In this document: piece after piece, positions 36,805 to 46,752 of the stretch
Layout: each line of letters begins with the position of its first letter
How positions within the stretch are numbered: the stretch's first letter is position 1
Assembly: GCA_031283155.1 (NCBI GenBank)
Contig: JAITCI010000076.1
Location: forward strand, 14,923-78,922
DNA: 64,000 nucleotides
Direction of reading: 5' to 3'
From: Spirochaetota bacterium
GTDB taxonomy: Bacteria; Spirochaetota; JAGLSM01; JAKPMW01
Notes under the pieces: generated by a model
Seen by the model: only the letters and a program-made list of their open reading frames with translations
Told to the model about the DNA's origin: nothing
Database searches by the model: none
Translations under genes and position numbers: made by a program

Positions 36805-38328
36805 ATGTTTCTGAAAAAAAAACACGCTTCCATAAACCGGAGCATTGTATTCTGCGCGCTGCTTTGGGTATGCCTTCCGGGCGGCAGCGCCTATACCCTT
36901 TCTGTCTGGGAAAGCGGCAAGGGGGATCGCTTTGAGGGCGCCGCTTTCGAGAATGTGCGCATGATTCGCAGCAATGACGGCACGGAGGCGCTGCGGCTTG
37001 CGGATAACGAATGGCGGACGGACGCCGCTGTTGATCTTTTATTGCGCGGCAACAGCCGCGAGGAGATGTACTCTCCCTGGTATACGATCCGCGCGGAGGA
37101 TGTGATCATCGATACCGTCCTTCCCTTTATGGGTACGGGCAGTATGCGCTTCGTTTCCCCGGAAAATCGCATCGTTCTTGTTCCGCAGGCGGGCGCGCTC
37201 CTGGCGGAAACGGAGGATATGGGGAGCTTCAGCGTCGATTTTTGGATATACCCGCTCGCGCGCTCCGACGAAGAGGACGTATTCTCGCGGCAGGGGAGCG
37301 TGGTGGACGCGGGCGGGCGCGCTACGGAGATTGAATTTCGGATCACTTTTCGCAAAAACCGGCTTGCACTCCTGATGCGCAATCTCTTCCGCGACGCGGA
37401 CGGGCGTTTTCGCGACGTGGAGATCAGCGGCGAAACTCTATGTATGCTCAAGGAGTGGCAGCATATCGCCTTCAGCTTTGACGCCTTAACCGGCAAATTC
37501 TCGCGCCTCGCGGACGGCAGGGAGGATGGCGTTGTATGGGTATGCGATACCGGCGCGTATGGCGGGAGTCCCCTGCGCGCGGCATTCCCAAAGGCGTTTA
37601 AGCGAAACGCGCAGCTTGGCGGGGGCTTTCGCGGGAGCCTCGACAGCTTTCGTATCCGGCGCATCTCCTGGGATAATCCGAACCTCGCGCGTTTCAGCGA
37701 ACAGCCCGGGCGCGTCACCTCCCGCGTTCTGGATATGGGTACCCAAAAGGCGCGGCTTGCCTCGCTCTCCTGGGACGCGGAAACCCCGGCGGGATCGGCG
37801 GTATTTTTTGAGTACCGCATCGCCGACTCCATATTTCCCGCGCATCAGCCGTCCCTGTTCTGGATCCGCGCGCAAAACGGTAACGAGGATATCCAGGCGA
37901 AGGAAGGGCGTTACCTGCAATGGCGCGCCACGCTTGTCGGGAGCGAACAGGGCAAGTTCTCCCCGATACTCCGAAGTGTGCGCCTCGCCTGGAACGCGGC
38001 CTACCGCCCGCAGGTTCCGGTGGAGTTCAAGGTGTATCCCGGGGACAGGCGCGCGCTCCTTTCCTGGCGCGGCAATCTGGACGACGTTGCCGGCTACCGC
38101 ATTTATATAGGGAACGAGCGGGGCGAGTACCTCCACCCCTCCAGCCCGATTGACGTCCCGCTGGAATTTGTCAGCCGGAGTCAGCCGGAGTACGTCCTGT
38201 ACAATCTCGAAAATGACCGCCTCTACTATTTTGCGGTTGCCGCTTATACCGAGGATGGGATGCAGTCCGGTTTTTCGCGCGAGGTCTACGCGCGTCCGGG
38301 CGAGCTGGAGAGATTTCCTTCGCGGTGA
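36805..38328 (+). CDS. Secreted protein with concanavalin/LamG-like region and C-terminal fibronectin type III domain
   Basis: Signal peptide (MFLKKKHASINRSIVFCALLWVCLPGGSAYT). FN3-like C-terminus (VEFKVYPGDRRALLSWRG ... YYFAVAAYTEDG). Confidence 0.6.
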   Translation: MFLKKKHASINRSIVFCALLWVCLPGGSAYTLSVWESGKGDRFEGAAFENVRMIRSNDGTEALRLADNEWRTDAAVDLLLRGNSREEMYSPWYTIRAEDVIIDTVLPFMGTGSMRFVSPENRIVLVPQAGALLAETEDMGSFSVDFWIYPLARSDEEDVFSRQGSVVDAGGRATEIEFRITFRKNRLALLMRNLFRDADGRFRDVEISGETLCMLKEWQHIAFSFDALTGKFSRLADGREDGVVWVCDTGAYGGSPLRAAFPKAFKRNAQLGGGFRGSLDSFRIRRISWDNPNLARFSEQPGRVTSRVLDMGTQKARLASLSWDAETPAGSAVFFEYRIADSIFPAHQPSLFWIRAQNGNEDIQAKEGRYLQWRATLVGSEQGKFSPILRSVRLAWNAAYRPQVPVEFKVYPGDRRALLSWRGNLDDVAGYRIYIGNERGEYLHPSSPIDVPLEFVSRSQPEYVLYNLENDRLYYFAVAAYTEDGMQSGFSREVYARPGELERFPSR

Positions 38329-38403
38329 TTTGTTCTGGCGGAGATCAAAAGAAGAGCCCCGGCACCTTCGTCCGGGGCTCTTTTATAAAATGTCGGCCGT
38401 TTT

Positions 38404-41391
38404 TTATACGTTCAGTTTTTCCAGGATCTGCTTCACGTCGTCGTATTCAAAATTATTGAATGCCGTCGACGCCTTGGTCAGCAAGTCGTTATTGGGTTCC
38501 CCGAAATCGTACACAAGCAGATCATTCAGGATGCGGGTTCCCTCAATCTGGTCAAAATTGTCAACTGCGGCCATCGTCTTTCGGAGGGCGTCCCGCAGGA
38601 GGCTGGCTTCCCCGGGTTTTTTGCTGACCCGTTTTGTGGGAACCTCAAAGATTGGTATCAGTTTTTTGAAGAGGTTGAAGAGTTTCTCCTGTAAATCCGG
38701 GTAGCGCTCCACGCAATACTGCATATCGCCTTCCCGCGCGGACGCCTCCAGTTTGGCGGCAGACTCGGATAACCGCATTATCCCCAGTATCGCCAGCGAC
38801 GATTTCATTGCGTGGATGGAGATCATAAAGGCGTTCAGATCCTGCGCCTCCAGCTTGTCCGCCATGCCGTCGCATTCCGACGTCAGCTTCGCGTAAAAGA
38901 ACTCGAATGTTTTCCGGTACATATCCTTCATGCCGGAAACGCGGCTCAAACCCAGCCCGGTGTCAATGTCGCTGATACCGTCAAGGGCGGCGATGAAATC
39001 ATCCTGTGTTTCGATGGTTTTCTTTTCATATTTCTCGATTGCGTTTGTGCGCACCTTTTTTTCCGGCAGCCATTCCAGAAGAACCGCTTCCATCTCGCTT
39101 AAGTCTATGGGCTTTGCGACAAACTCATTAAAGCCATTGGCCAGGAACATTTCCCGCATTCCCTGAACGGCGTTTGCGGTCAGCGCGATGATCGGGAATG
39201 TCGCGTGCCTTCCGCCGAGTTCGCGTATTTTGGCGGTCGCCTCCACGCCGTCCATTCCGGGCATCATGTGATCCATAAATACAATGTCGAAATCCTCTTT
39301 CTGCACCATATCAATGGATTCCTGTCCCGACATGGCGGTTTTTATGTTTATGTCAAAGAGTCCCATCAGACCAACCGCGACCCGCAGGTTAAACTCGTTG
39401 TCGTCCACAACCAGGATATTGGCCTCGGGCGCGCGCAGAACATGTTCCGTGGAGGCGGTCTTTTTGAATTTCACGCCGCTCTTTTTGCCTATCACTTTGG
39501 GTATTATGATCGTAAACACGCTGCCCTGCTCATACTCGCTGTCAACCAGCAGCGTACCGCTCATCATCTCCACAAAGGATTTGCATATCGAAAGCCCGAG
39601 ACCCGTTCCTACAATGTCGCGGGTTTTGTTCGTGTTGACGCGCTCAAAGGTGTTGAACAACTTGGGCAGGTCTTCCTTGCGGATGCCCATGCCTGTATCC
39701 GAAATCTCAAAAATGAGATCGTCCTCCCCGACGGTCAGCTTCATTTTGACGTGACCCTTTTCGGTGTACTTGATCGCGTTGCTGCATATATTCGTCAGTA
39801 TCTGGCGGAGCCGTATATCGTCCCCGAAGAGGTAATCGGGCAAATCGCCGGAAGTTTCATACTGGAAGTCCAGCCCCTTCTTTTGCGCCACAAAGGTAAA
39901 CATCGACGATACGTTGTCCATAAGCGCCAGGAAATCGTAATCCACGGGATTGAGCGATAATTTTCCGGCCTCGATTTTCGAGAGGTCCAGGATGTCGTTG
40001 ATCAGGCCAAGAAGCGAATGTGCGGACAGGGTAATATCCTTCACGTAGGCTTCCTGCCGCTGGGTGAGGTTCTCGTGCGCCAGAAGGTCGGTCATACCAA
40101 TAATGGCGTTCATGGGGGTGCGTATCTCGTGGCTCATATTGGAAAGGAAAGCCGTTTTTGAGGCCGACGCGGCTTCGGCGGCGAGCTTGGCCTTGTTCAG
40201 GTTTTCCTCGTAATTCTTTTTCATGGTCGCGTCGATAAAGGAGTGGAACAGCACCAGCGACCCGTCTACCCAGCGGATAATGGCGGATTTCCCGGTGAGC
40301 CATTTTTCGAGTCTGTCGTCCCAGGAGTACCCTACCTCCTTGATTTCCTCATCTTCCTTGTCGGGCCAGACCTGCGGAGAAACGCAGTAGATACACGGGC
40401 GATCCAGCCTTTTCAGCACCTTGTAGCATTTTTTGTTGAGGCAGTCCTTCTGATCCACGCCATGGGCTATTGCCGCCAGCTTGTTTATAAACACAAGGTT
40501 TTTCTCCGAGTCGGTTATGGTTATCATGGCGTCCATATAATCCATAACAGCCGAGGTCTTGTTCATTTCCGCAACGGCGTCAATCATATCGCCGATGTTA
40601 TTGGCCAGAGTCCCAAGTTCATCCCTGTGCGGGCTGCGTATCGTGTATCCCATATTGCCTTTCGCGATTTCAGCCATTGCCCTTTGCATCTTCAGGATAG
40701 GTTCCCGAATCGTATTTGATATCACAAACGACATCACGGCAGCCAGGATGATAGTGAGAAGAGTGAAGATAAGGACGGTTTCCACAGCTTCGACGTAGTG
40801 CTGCGCGACCATATCCATTTTTTCCTGTACCGTGGAGGTCGCCAGGGTGCTCAGCGCCGTCAGTCTGTCGCTTATCGCGTTTGCCCCCTGTATGCCTTCG
40901 GGGATAATCCTCCCCAGCCATACAGCGTCGTTATTGGCGACGGCTACGCGGACGTTCCGCGAGAAAACCGCAAAATCACTGTTAAACCTGGCCATAATGG
41001 CGTCGTATTGTTCCATACGCCACTGCTTGTCCGACTGGCTCAGAAAATTATTGCCCATTACGGTGTCGCGGTAATTGTTCATGTATTTGTAAAACGAATT
41101 TATCAGAAGATCGAGGTCGTCATATATCTGGGATAATTCCCTCGAGTATATGCCGTTCTCCATCAGATAGAATCTCGAGAGGTTATGAAAACGCATTTGC
41201 AGCATCACATTGTTGGCGTCGGTTAAATACATATACCGCTGCAGGGTTGAGTTTATCAGAATGGTATATTCGTTGCTGATTTTCACAAACTGCGACATGG
41301 TAATCGTGGACAGGGTTATCATAATGACAATAAGCGACCCAAACGCGAGAAAGAGTTTGTTCCGCATTTTCATGTTTCTGAGCCAGTTCAT
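38404..41391 (-). CDS. Hybrid sensor histidine kinase (periplasmic sensor-HAMP-PAS-HisKA-HATPase-REC-Hpt)
   Basis: H-box MSHEIRTPMNAIIGMTDLL, HATPase G-boxes, REC (VVDDNEFNLRV ... D ... K), and an Hpt-like C-terminus. Confidence 0.9.
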   Translation of the reverse strand: MNWLRNMKMRNKLFLAFGSLIVIMITLSTITMSQFVKISNEYTILINSTLQRYMYLTDANNVMLQMRFHNLSRFYLMENGIYSRELSQIYDDLDLLINSFYKYMNNYRDTVMGNNFLSQSDKQWRMEQYDAIMARFNSDFAVFSRNVRVAVANNDAVWLGRIIPEGIQGANAISDRLTALSTLATSTVQEKMDMVAQHYVEAVETVLIFTLLTIILAAVMSFVISNTIREPILKMQRAMAEIAKGNMGYTIRSPHRDELGTLANNIGDMIDAVAEMNKTSAVMDYMDAMITITDSEKNLVFINKLAAIAHGVDQKDCLNKKCYKVLKRLDRPCIYCVSPQVWPDKEDEEIKEVGYSWDDRLEKWLTGKSAIIRWVDGSLVLFHSFIDATMKKNYEENLNKAKLAAEAASASKTAFLSNMSHEIRTPMNAIIGMTDLLAHENLTQRQEAYVKDITLSAHSLLGLINDILDLSKIEAGKLSLNPVDYDFLALMDNVSSMFTFVAQKKGLDFQYETSGDLPDYLFGDDIRLRQILTNICSNAIKYTEKGHVKMKLTVGEDDLIFEISDTGMGIRKEDLPKLFNTFERVNTNKTRDIVGTGLGLSICKSFVEMMSGTLLVDSEYEQGSVFTIIIPKVIGKKSGVKFKKTASTEHVLRAPEANILVVDDNEFNLRVAVGLMGLFDINIKTAMSGQESIDMVQKEDFDIVFMDHMMPGMDGVEATAKIRELGGRHATFPIIALTANAVQGMREMFLANGFNEFVAKPIDLSEMEAVLLEWLPEKKVRTNAIEKYEKKTIETQDDFIAALDGISDIDTGLGLSRVSGMKDMYRKTFEFFYAKLTSECDGMADKLEAQDLNAFMISIHAMKSSLAILGIMRLSESAAKLEASAREGDMQYCVERYPDLQEKLFNLFKKLIPIFEVPTKRVSKKPGEASLLRDALRKTMAAVDNFDQIEGTRILNDLLVYDFGEPNNDLLTKASTAFNNFEYDDVKQILEKLNV

Positions 41392-41562
41392 TGCGCATTT
41401 TTCCTTTACTGTGTTTTACGGGTACGCCCGTATGACCGCCGTTCAGATATAATGTAACATGAGTACAGCTAAATTGCTATAGGTGCCTGACGCGGTGTGC
41501 TTGACGCGGCTTGCCGCCGGTTTTATTTTCTGATCTGCACCAAAATTACGGAGAAGCGGAGA

Positions 41563-43956
41563 ACCATGACGACCTACCATATATGGCAGCAGCAAAAGAC
41601 CGGCCAGACGCGCGAGGTCAGGCAGGGTTTTTCGGTGGTTTTTCTGTATCTCTCGCCCGTACTCGCGTTTTTTGCGATGAAAATATTTGATTTTGTGACC
41701 GGCCGGATGAATACCGACGCCGTGTATGTGTATCTCCAGGATTCCCTGGGCGACGCGGGTTCAAGGATGGTTTTCTTCATCGCTTTTATAGTCCTGACAA
41801 TCCTCGCGTATCTTGCGGGCGGGCGGTTTTCTGTCTGGAGGGAAAAGCGTCTCCTCGCGCGCGGGTTCCTCAAAACCGAAAATAAAACGCAATCCCTGCC
41901 CGAACTCGTAACGCGGCGTTCCATCGGCGTGGTACCCGGGGCGCAAAGCGCGCCTTACCGCTTTGTCCGCAATGATTTTTATTGTGCGGGGGTTGCTTTT
42001 CTTGTCTCCTTTGGGGTGTACCTCTTCACCATGACTCCGGAGCTCTGCACGGGGGACAGCGGCGAACTCACAACGGCCATGTATAACCTGGGCGCCGCGC
42101 ATCCTCCGGGAACGCCGCTCTTCACCATGATAGGCAAGATCTTCATCTATCTTCCGATTGGCAGCGTCGCGTACCGCGTGAACCTCATGGCGGCTTTTTT
42201 CGGCGCGCTCACGGCGGCGTTCCTGTTTTTGCTGCTCTTCCGCCTTCTGCATCGCGGCGCGGAGGAATCCGTGTGTATGCGCGACCGCCTGATTGCGCTT
42301 GCGGGATCGCTCTTCTTCGCTTTTTCGATGACCATGTGGGGCGAAGCGATAGTGGCGGAAAAATATACGCTCAACGCTTTTTTCGCGCCCGTGCTGCTTC
42401 TGGCGGCGCTGGTTTGGCAGGAGTGCGTGTTTTCTTCACTCCAAAGGGGAAAGCAGTCCTATTCGGAAAAGTATCTTCTGCTCATCGCTCTGTTGCTCGG
42501 GCTTGCGTTTACAAACCACCATCTTCTGCTGGGGTATATTCCGCCCTTTGTGCTGCTCTTTTTTGTGGTGACGCAGTTTATGGGCGAGCCGAATGTCAAC
42601 GCCGCCTGCGTAAGCAAAAATACCGCCAATATGCTTCTGTCCGCCCTGATATGCCTGATGAGTTTTCTTCTTTTGGCGGTTTTTGGCGAGCGCGCGATTA
42701 CGCTCACCCAAATCCTGTTTGCCGTATGCGCGCTCTGCGCTCTGACGGCGGCTTCTTATCTGCTTTTGTACTGGTTAAAATCGCTGACCGGTTTTTCGCA
42801 GATTCCTCTGAAATTTCAGTACACCTGCGGGGCGGTCGTAGCCGGGGTGGGCGCTCTCTCGGCGCTTGTCGTGCTGCAAAACGCCTGGAACGTCAGCCTT
42901 CTCTCCGACGAAGGCGCCGCGCGCACACTCGCCGCGATCCTGGCACCCCTTATCACGCTTGGGGCGACGGCTATCGTTCTCCTGAATCGTTTGCCCTCGA
43001 AAGGGGGCCTGCCCTCGAAAGAGGGTAAACCCGATATCCGCAGCGGTTTGCGCAAAGAAAAGCGTTTACTCCTGTGGGGGCTCGGCGTCTGGACGGCTTT
43101 TCTTCTGCTTGTGCTTTTTGAGAAGAGCGTACTCTCGGTACTGCGCCTCCCGCTCTTTTTTCTGCCATCTTCGTGGTTTGCCGATACGCGAATCCGCGAG
43201 AGTCTCGATTTTATCGGCGTGGACTGGGGGTTCACGCTTATCGCTTTGCTTGTGTATATCCTGGGCGCGACGATTGCGGTATTCGCGTATATGCGTGTGC
43301 GCAAGGGAACGCAAATCAGGGAGCGTTTTGTGGAGATGAGCAGCATCCTCTTCAAGGGAGCTTTAATCATCCTGCTGCCCATGCTGCTCTATATGACCCT
43401 GGTGATTCGCGCGAACGCCATCGCGAAAATTCCCGACCCGCCGCTTTCCTGGGGAGAAACGGTCAACGCAAGCCGTGTTATTAACCATTTTTTGCGCAAG
43501 CAGTACCCAAAGGCGAGTATGTATTCGTATAACCGCATTCCCGAGATCGCGAACGGCTGGATGAAGATGCACGTAGCGCAATATTTTCCGCTCTCTTCCA
43601 CAGTGGGGGCGAACTGGAAGGCGGGCGAGATTCTGATCGCCCTGCCTGTTTTTCTTTTGATGATTGCATTGGGTATGCGCGCGCTCTGGAAGCGCAACCG
43701 GCTGTGGTTTTGGGTTCTGCTTGCCTGTTTCGTAACTTTTAATGTTCTTCTGACCACCATGCTCTCGCCCAAGGATACCCAGCGGGACTGGTATTTTAAC
43801 CAGGCATTTTACGTTCCCTCGCATCTCATCGTGGGTATCTGGTTTACGTTCGCGTTTTACGCAATAGCGGATTTTGCGGGTAAGCGGTTTTGGCTGAAAA
43901 AACCGAAAGAGATTGCGCCCGAAGGCGCAGATCCGGAAGAAGGAGCGGCGCAATGA
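41563..43956 (+). CDS. DUF2723/TMEM260-like polytopic membrane glycosyltransferase-family protein
   Basis: GDSGELTTAMYNLGAAHPPGTPLF is characteristic of DUF2723 (protein O-mannosyltransferase-like). Many TM helices. SD ggagaag before the ATG at 41563. Confidence 0.8.
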   Translation, partial: TMTTYHIWQQQKTGQTREVRQGFSVVFLYLSPVLAFFAMKIFDFVTGRMNTDAVYVYLQDSLGDAGSRMVFFIAFIVLTILAYLAGGRFSVWREKRLLARGFLKTENKTQSLPELVTRRSIGVVPGAQSAPYRFVRNDFYCAGVAFLVSFGVYLFTMTPELCTGDSGELTTAMYNLGAAHPPGTPLFTMIGKIFIYLPIGSVAYRVNLMAAFFGALTAAFLFLLLFRLLHRGAEESVCMRDRLIALAGSLFFAFSMTMWGEAIVAEKYTLNAFFAPVLLLAALVWQECVFSSLQRGKQSYSEKYLLLIALLLGLAFTNHHLLLGYIPPFVLLFFVVTQFMGEPNVNAACVSKNTANMLLSALICLMSFLLLAVFGERAITLTQILFAVCALCALTAASYLLLYWLKSLTGFSQIPLKFQYTCGAVVAGVGALSALVVLQNAWNVSLLSDEGAARTLAAILAPLITLGATAIVLLNRLPSKGGLPSKEGKPDIRSGLRKEKRLLLWGLGVWTAFLLLVLFEKSVLSVLRLPLFFLPSSWFADTRIRESLDFIGVDWGFTLIALLVYILGATIAVFAYMRVRKGTQIRERFVEMSSILFKGALIILLPMLLYMTLVIRANAIAKIPDPPLSWGETVNASRVINHFLRKQYPKASMYSYNRIPEIANGWMKMHVAQYFPLSSTVGANWKAGEILIALPVFLLMIALGMRALWKRNRLWFWVLLACFVTFNVLLTTMLSPKDTQRDWYFNQAFYVPSHLIVGIWFTFAFYAIADFAGKRFWLKKPKEIAPEGADPEEGAAQ

Positions 43957-45863
43957 AAAAATCGCAAACAATTCCGGGCGCTGTGACCTTGCTTTTTATT
44001 CTGGTGCCGCTTCTTGCGCATCTGGAAAAAAATAATAACCATCTTGATTACACAAACCATGAATACGCCAAAAATTTGCTCAGTACGCTGGAACCCTATT
44101 CCATATTCATGACCGAGGGCGGCGATAATCAGGTTTTTGCGACGGCCTATAGCCAGATGGCCGAGCAGCTCAGACCGGATGTGCGCGCCTATGACCAAAA
44201 GGGCAATGTCTTTTACAGAATTTACGGCGATTTCCGGTATATCTCGGTCGTCGAGGCGGATATCAAGCGGGATGTGGTTGACTACGAAATTTTTTCGCGC
44301 GGAAGGCCGGTCTATCTTACCTGGCGGCGCAGCCCCGACGTTGCTGTCTGCGGCGATTGGTTTCTGAAGCGCTCCGGGATGCTTTTCAGGATTGTTCCGC
44401 TCAAATATCGGATCCTTGAGGATCTGGGCGCAGATCTCGAGATCACCATTGAAGAAGCGCATCGCTGTATCGAAAAATATTATGCCGACGAAACCATTCT
44501 CAAAAAAAAGCAGGCCAATCTGAAGGCCATGGACTGGTATCGCCCCGCGATTTTTGGCCAGGGGAACGTGAGACTGCATTTCATCAGCGAGGAGGAGTTT
44601 TCGCGCCTGCAGCGCGCAGTCCCCGCCTATATGGAATGGCTGAAGGGAAGTCTTGCGCGCAATATTACGCCGCAGTTTACCCTGGCTCTGCTGCGCGAAC
44701 TGGAGGCGGAAGGGTATCTGCGCATAACCGGAAACCGCGTGGTTTTTGTCCGGGATATCGCGCAGCCTTTTGCGGGGGATTACTGGGAAGGCTATTCTTT
44801 TACCTATAAAAATGTTCCTCACGCTATCCAGTGGAATTATCTCGCGCGCGAGATATTTACAAATTATAATTTTTATTATGCGGAATACTGCCGCTGGATG
44901 CTGGAGCGTTTACGCAGGCGGCAGGCTCATTATGAGCGTAAAATACAGGAACTCGGGCCAAGCCCCGAACTGGCCGGGGCGCTTGACAAAACCCGGGCCG
45001 AAATAGATCGCTTTGCGCAGCTTGAGGCGGAAAGCTATCAGAGCGCCGCGTATTTTGGCTATGACATGGGGGCGATCTTCCATAACCTGGGCGCGATCCA
45101 GGCGCAGAGAGGGCAGCTTGACGAGGCCGTGGGTTATTTTCGCCAGGGGATAGTAGCCGACAAGTATTCCTATCAGACGGTATCATCCTACATCATGCTT
45201 AGGCTGCGGCAGGCGAATGAGCGGATGGATCCCGTATTTGAAGAAGAGACATTGCGCGAGTCGGAACAGATAGTTCAGGCTGCGTTGCGAAATCTGAGAA
45301 AAACCTATGCCGCCGACGACGAGAGTTTACGAAAGGATCAAACCGCGAGGATTCTCGATAATCTTGATCAGGGCTGGCTCGCGCCCAGAAAAAACTATCC
45401 GCTCGGCATCATTTTGCAGTATAAGCAAATTCTCGATAATAAGCCCGAGGACCCTTCGATTCAGAAGCAGCTTGCCTCCATAATCTATTATCAGCGGCGT
45501 GATCCTGAACTCTTGGTCAGAATTTTTGAAACCATGCACACTTCAAAATGGAACAACGAAATGGTTGTGTATATATACGGCGTATCCATTCAGGATACCG
45601 GAGAGCTTGAGGCGTCGATAGCAATTTTTGAGCGTCTGCGGCGCGAAAAGCCCTTATTCTTTCTTTCGGTCTGGCGGCTTGCGCAGATACACGAAATACT
45701 GCTGCAGGACGAAACGAAGGCTTTACGGTATTACGAAGAGCTGCTGCGGATACCCGAGGCAGCGGTTCGCGCATTATATCCCGACCTCACGAAAGCCTTT
45801 ACCGATAGCGTACAGATGGCGGAGAAGTATATTGCGAAAGCGCGCCAGTCCGCCGCGCGCTGA
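43953..45863 (+). CDS. TPR-repeat protein, translationally coupled (ATGA overlap) to the DUF2723 gene
   Basis: Signal/TM N-terminus followed by a helical repeat protein. Confidence 0.7.
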   Translation: MKKSQTIPGAVTLLFILVPLLAHLEKNNNHLDYTNHEYAKNLLSTLEPYSIFMTEGGDNQVFATAYSQMAEQLRPDVRAYDQKGNVFYRIYGDFRYISVVEADIKRDVVDYEIFSRGRPVYLTWRRSPDVAVCGDWFLKRSGMLFRIVPLKYRILEDLGADLEITIEEAHRCIEKYYADETILKKKQANLKAMDWYRPAIFGQGNVRLHFISEEEFSRLQRAVPAYMEWLKGSLARNITPQFTLALLRELEAEGYLRITGNRVVFVRDIAQPFAGDYWEGYSFTYKNVPHAIQWNYLAREIFTNYNFYYAEYCRWMLERLRRRQAHYERKIQELGPSPELAGALDKTRAEIDRFAQLEAESYQSAAYFGYDMGAIFHNLGAIQAQRGQLDEAVGYFRQGIVADKYSYQTVSSYIMLRLRQANERMDPVFEEETLRESEQIVQAALRNLRKTYAADDESLRKDQTARILDNLDQGWLAPRKNYPLGIILQYKQILDNKPEDPSIQKQLASIIYYQRRDPELLVRIFETMHTSKWNNEMVVYIYGVSIQDTGELEASIAIFERLRREKPLFFLSVWRLAQIHEILLQDETKALRYYEELLRIPEAAVRALYPDLTKAFTDSVQMAEKYIAKARQSAAR

Positions 45864-45864
45864 T

Positions 45865-46524
45865 TTACTCCGCCGTAAATATGGAAAATTCCTGCCCAAA
45901 GCGCGTGATCACCTTCGCGCGCCGCTCGGGGTCGGGTTTCCATTTTCCATCAACCACAAAGCAGTAGTAGTGTTCCCCGGGGAGAACCTGCACCTCTGTC
46001 ACCCACACCCCGGACGAATCACGTTTCATCACGGCTTCATGGGGATTGTAGCCGTTAAAGCTGCCCGCCAGGCTCACGTACCGGGCTTCCGGATCCCTGT
46101 GATAAAAGCGCCATATTTCATGGGCTATTTTTTTGGGATTCCCGTTATGCTGTATAATGGTTTGTCTGATCTCAAACCAGGAGAGTACGTCTCCGTCCGG
46201 CAGGCGTTCCCTATTGGGGTTGGCGTAGTCCTGCTGCCATACGCCGTCAACGATCAGCTTGTAGCGGTATTTTTTTTGCTCAAAGAGCGGAATGACTGTC
46301 TCGAAATAGCCGGGACTCTTGCCGCGGCTCAGGATAGCCTGCGTTTCCCAGTCCGACCAGTCGCCGGCAACGCGAATTTCATACGCATCGGGCATATAGT
46401 AGCGAAAGATCACGCCGTTTGGCCCGGGCTGCGGTCCATAGATATTGGCGAGACGCGGATCCTCCGCCGCGAAGATAAATGAACCGAGCAGGAGAAAGCA
46501 GGACGCAATTTTGAATATACGCAT
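45865..46524 (-). CDS. Secreted protein with two AMPK-beta/CBM48-like glycogen-binding repeats
   Basis: Signal peptide MRIFKIASCFLLLGSFIFA. Two repeats: YRYKLIVDGVWQQDYANP and YYCFVVDGKWKPDP. Confidence 0.6.
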   Translation of the reverse strand: MRIFKIASCFLLLGSFIFAAEDPRLANIYGPQPGPNGVIFRYYMPDAYEIRVAGDWSDWETQAILSRGKSPGYFETVIPLFEQKKYRYKLIVDGVWQQDYANPNRERLPDGDVLSWFEIRQTIIQHNGNPKKIAHEIWRFYHRDPEARYVSLAGSFNGYNPHEAVMKRDSSGVWVTEVQVLPGEHYYCFVVDGKWKPDPERRAKVITRFGQEFSIFTAE

Positions 46525-46752
46525 AGTCCAATCCTTATACGTCGGCTGCACACATTACCGCTATCCGGCTTAACGGCAGATCGGGTCTTAAGCTTAAGCG
46601 CGATCTTGCTGACACGGCGGATAATAGCTTGCTTGGCTGCTATTTTATACTCATTCTTTTTTCTGTGATTCCGTTAATTGAAGAGGACTCGGTTCCTTTT
46701 TTGTGTATGCGCGTATTTTTGCGCGGTATATATCCGGGATCGGGTTTTGTGT

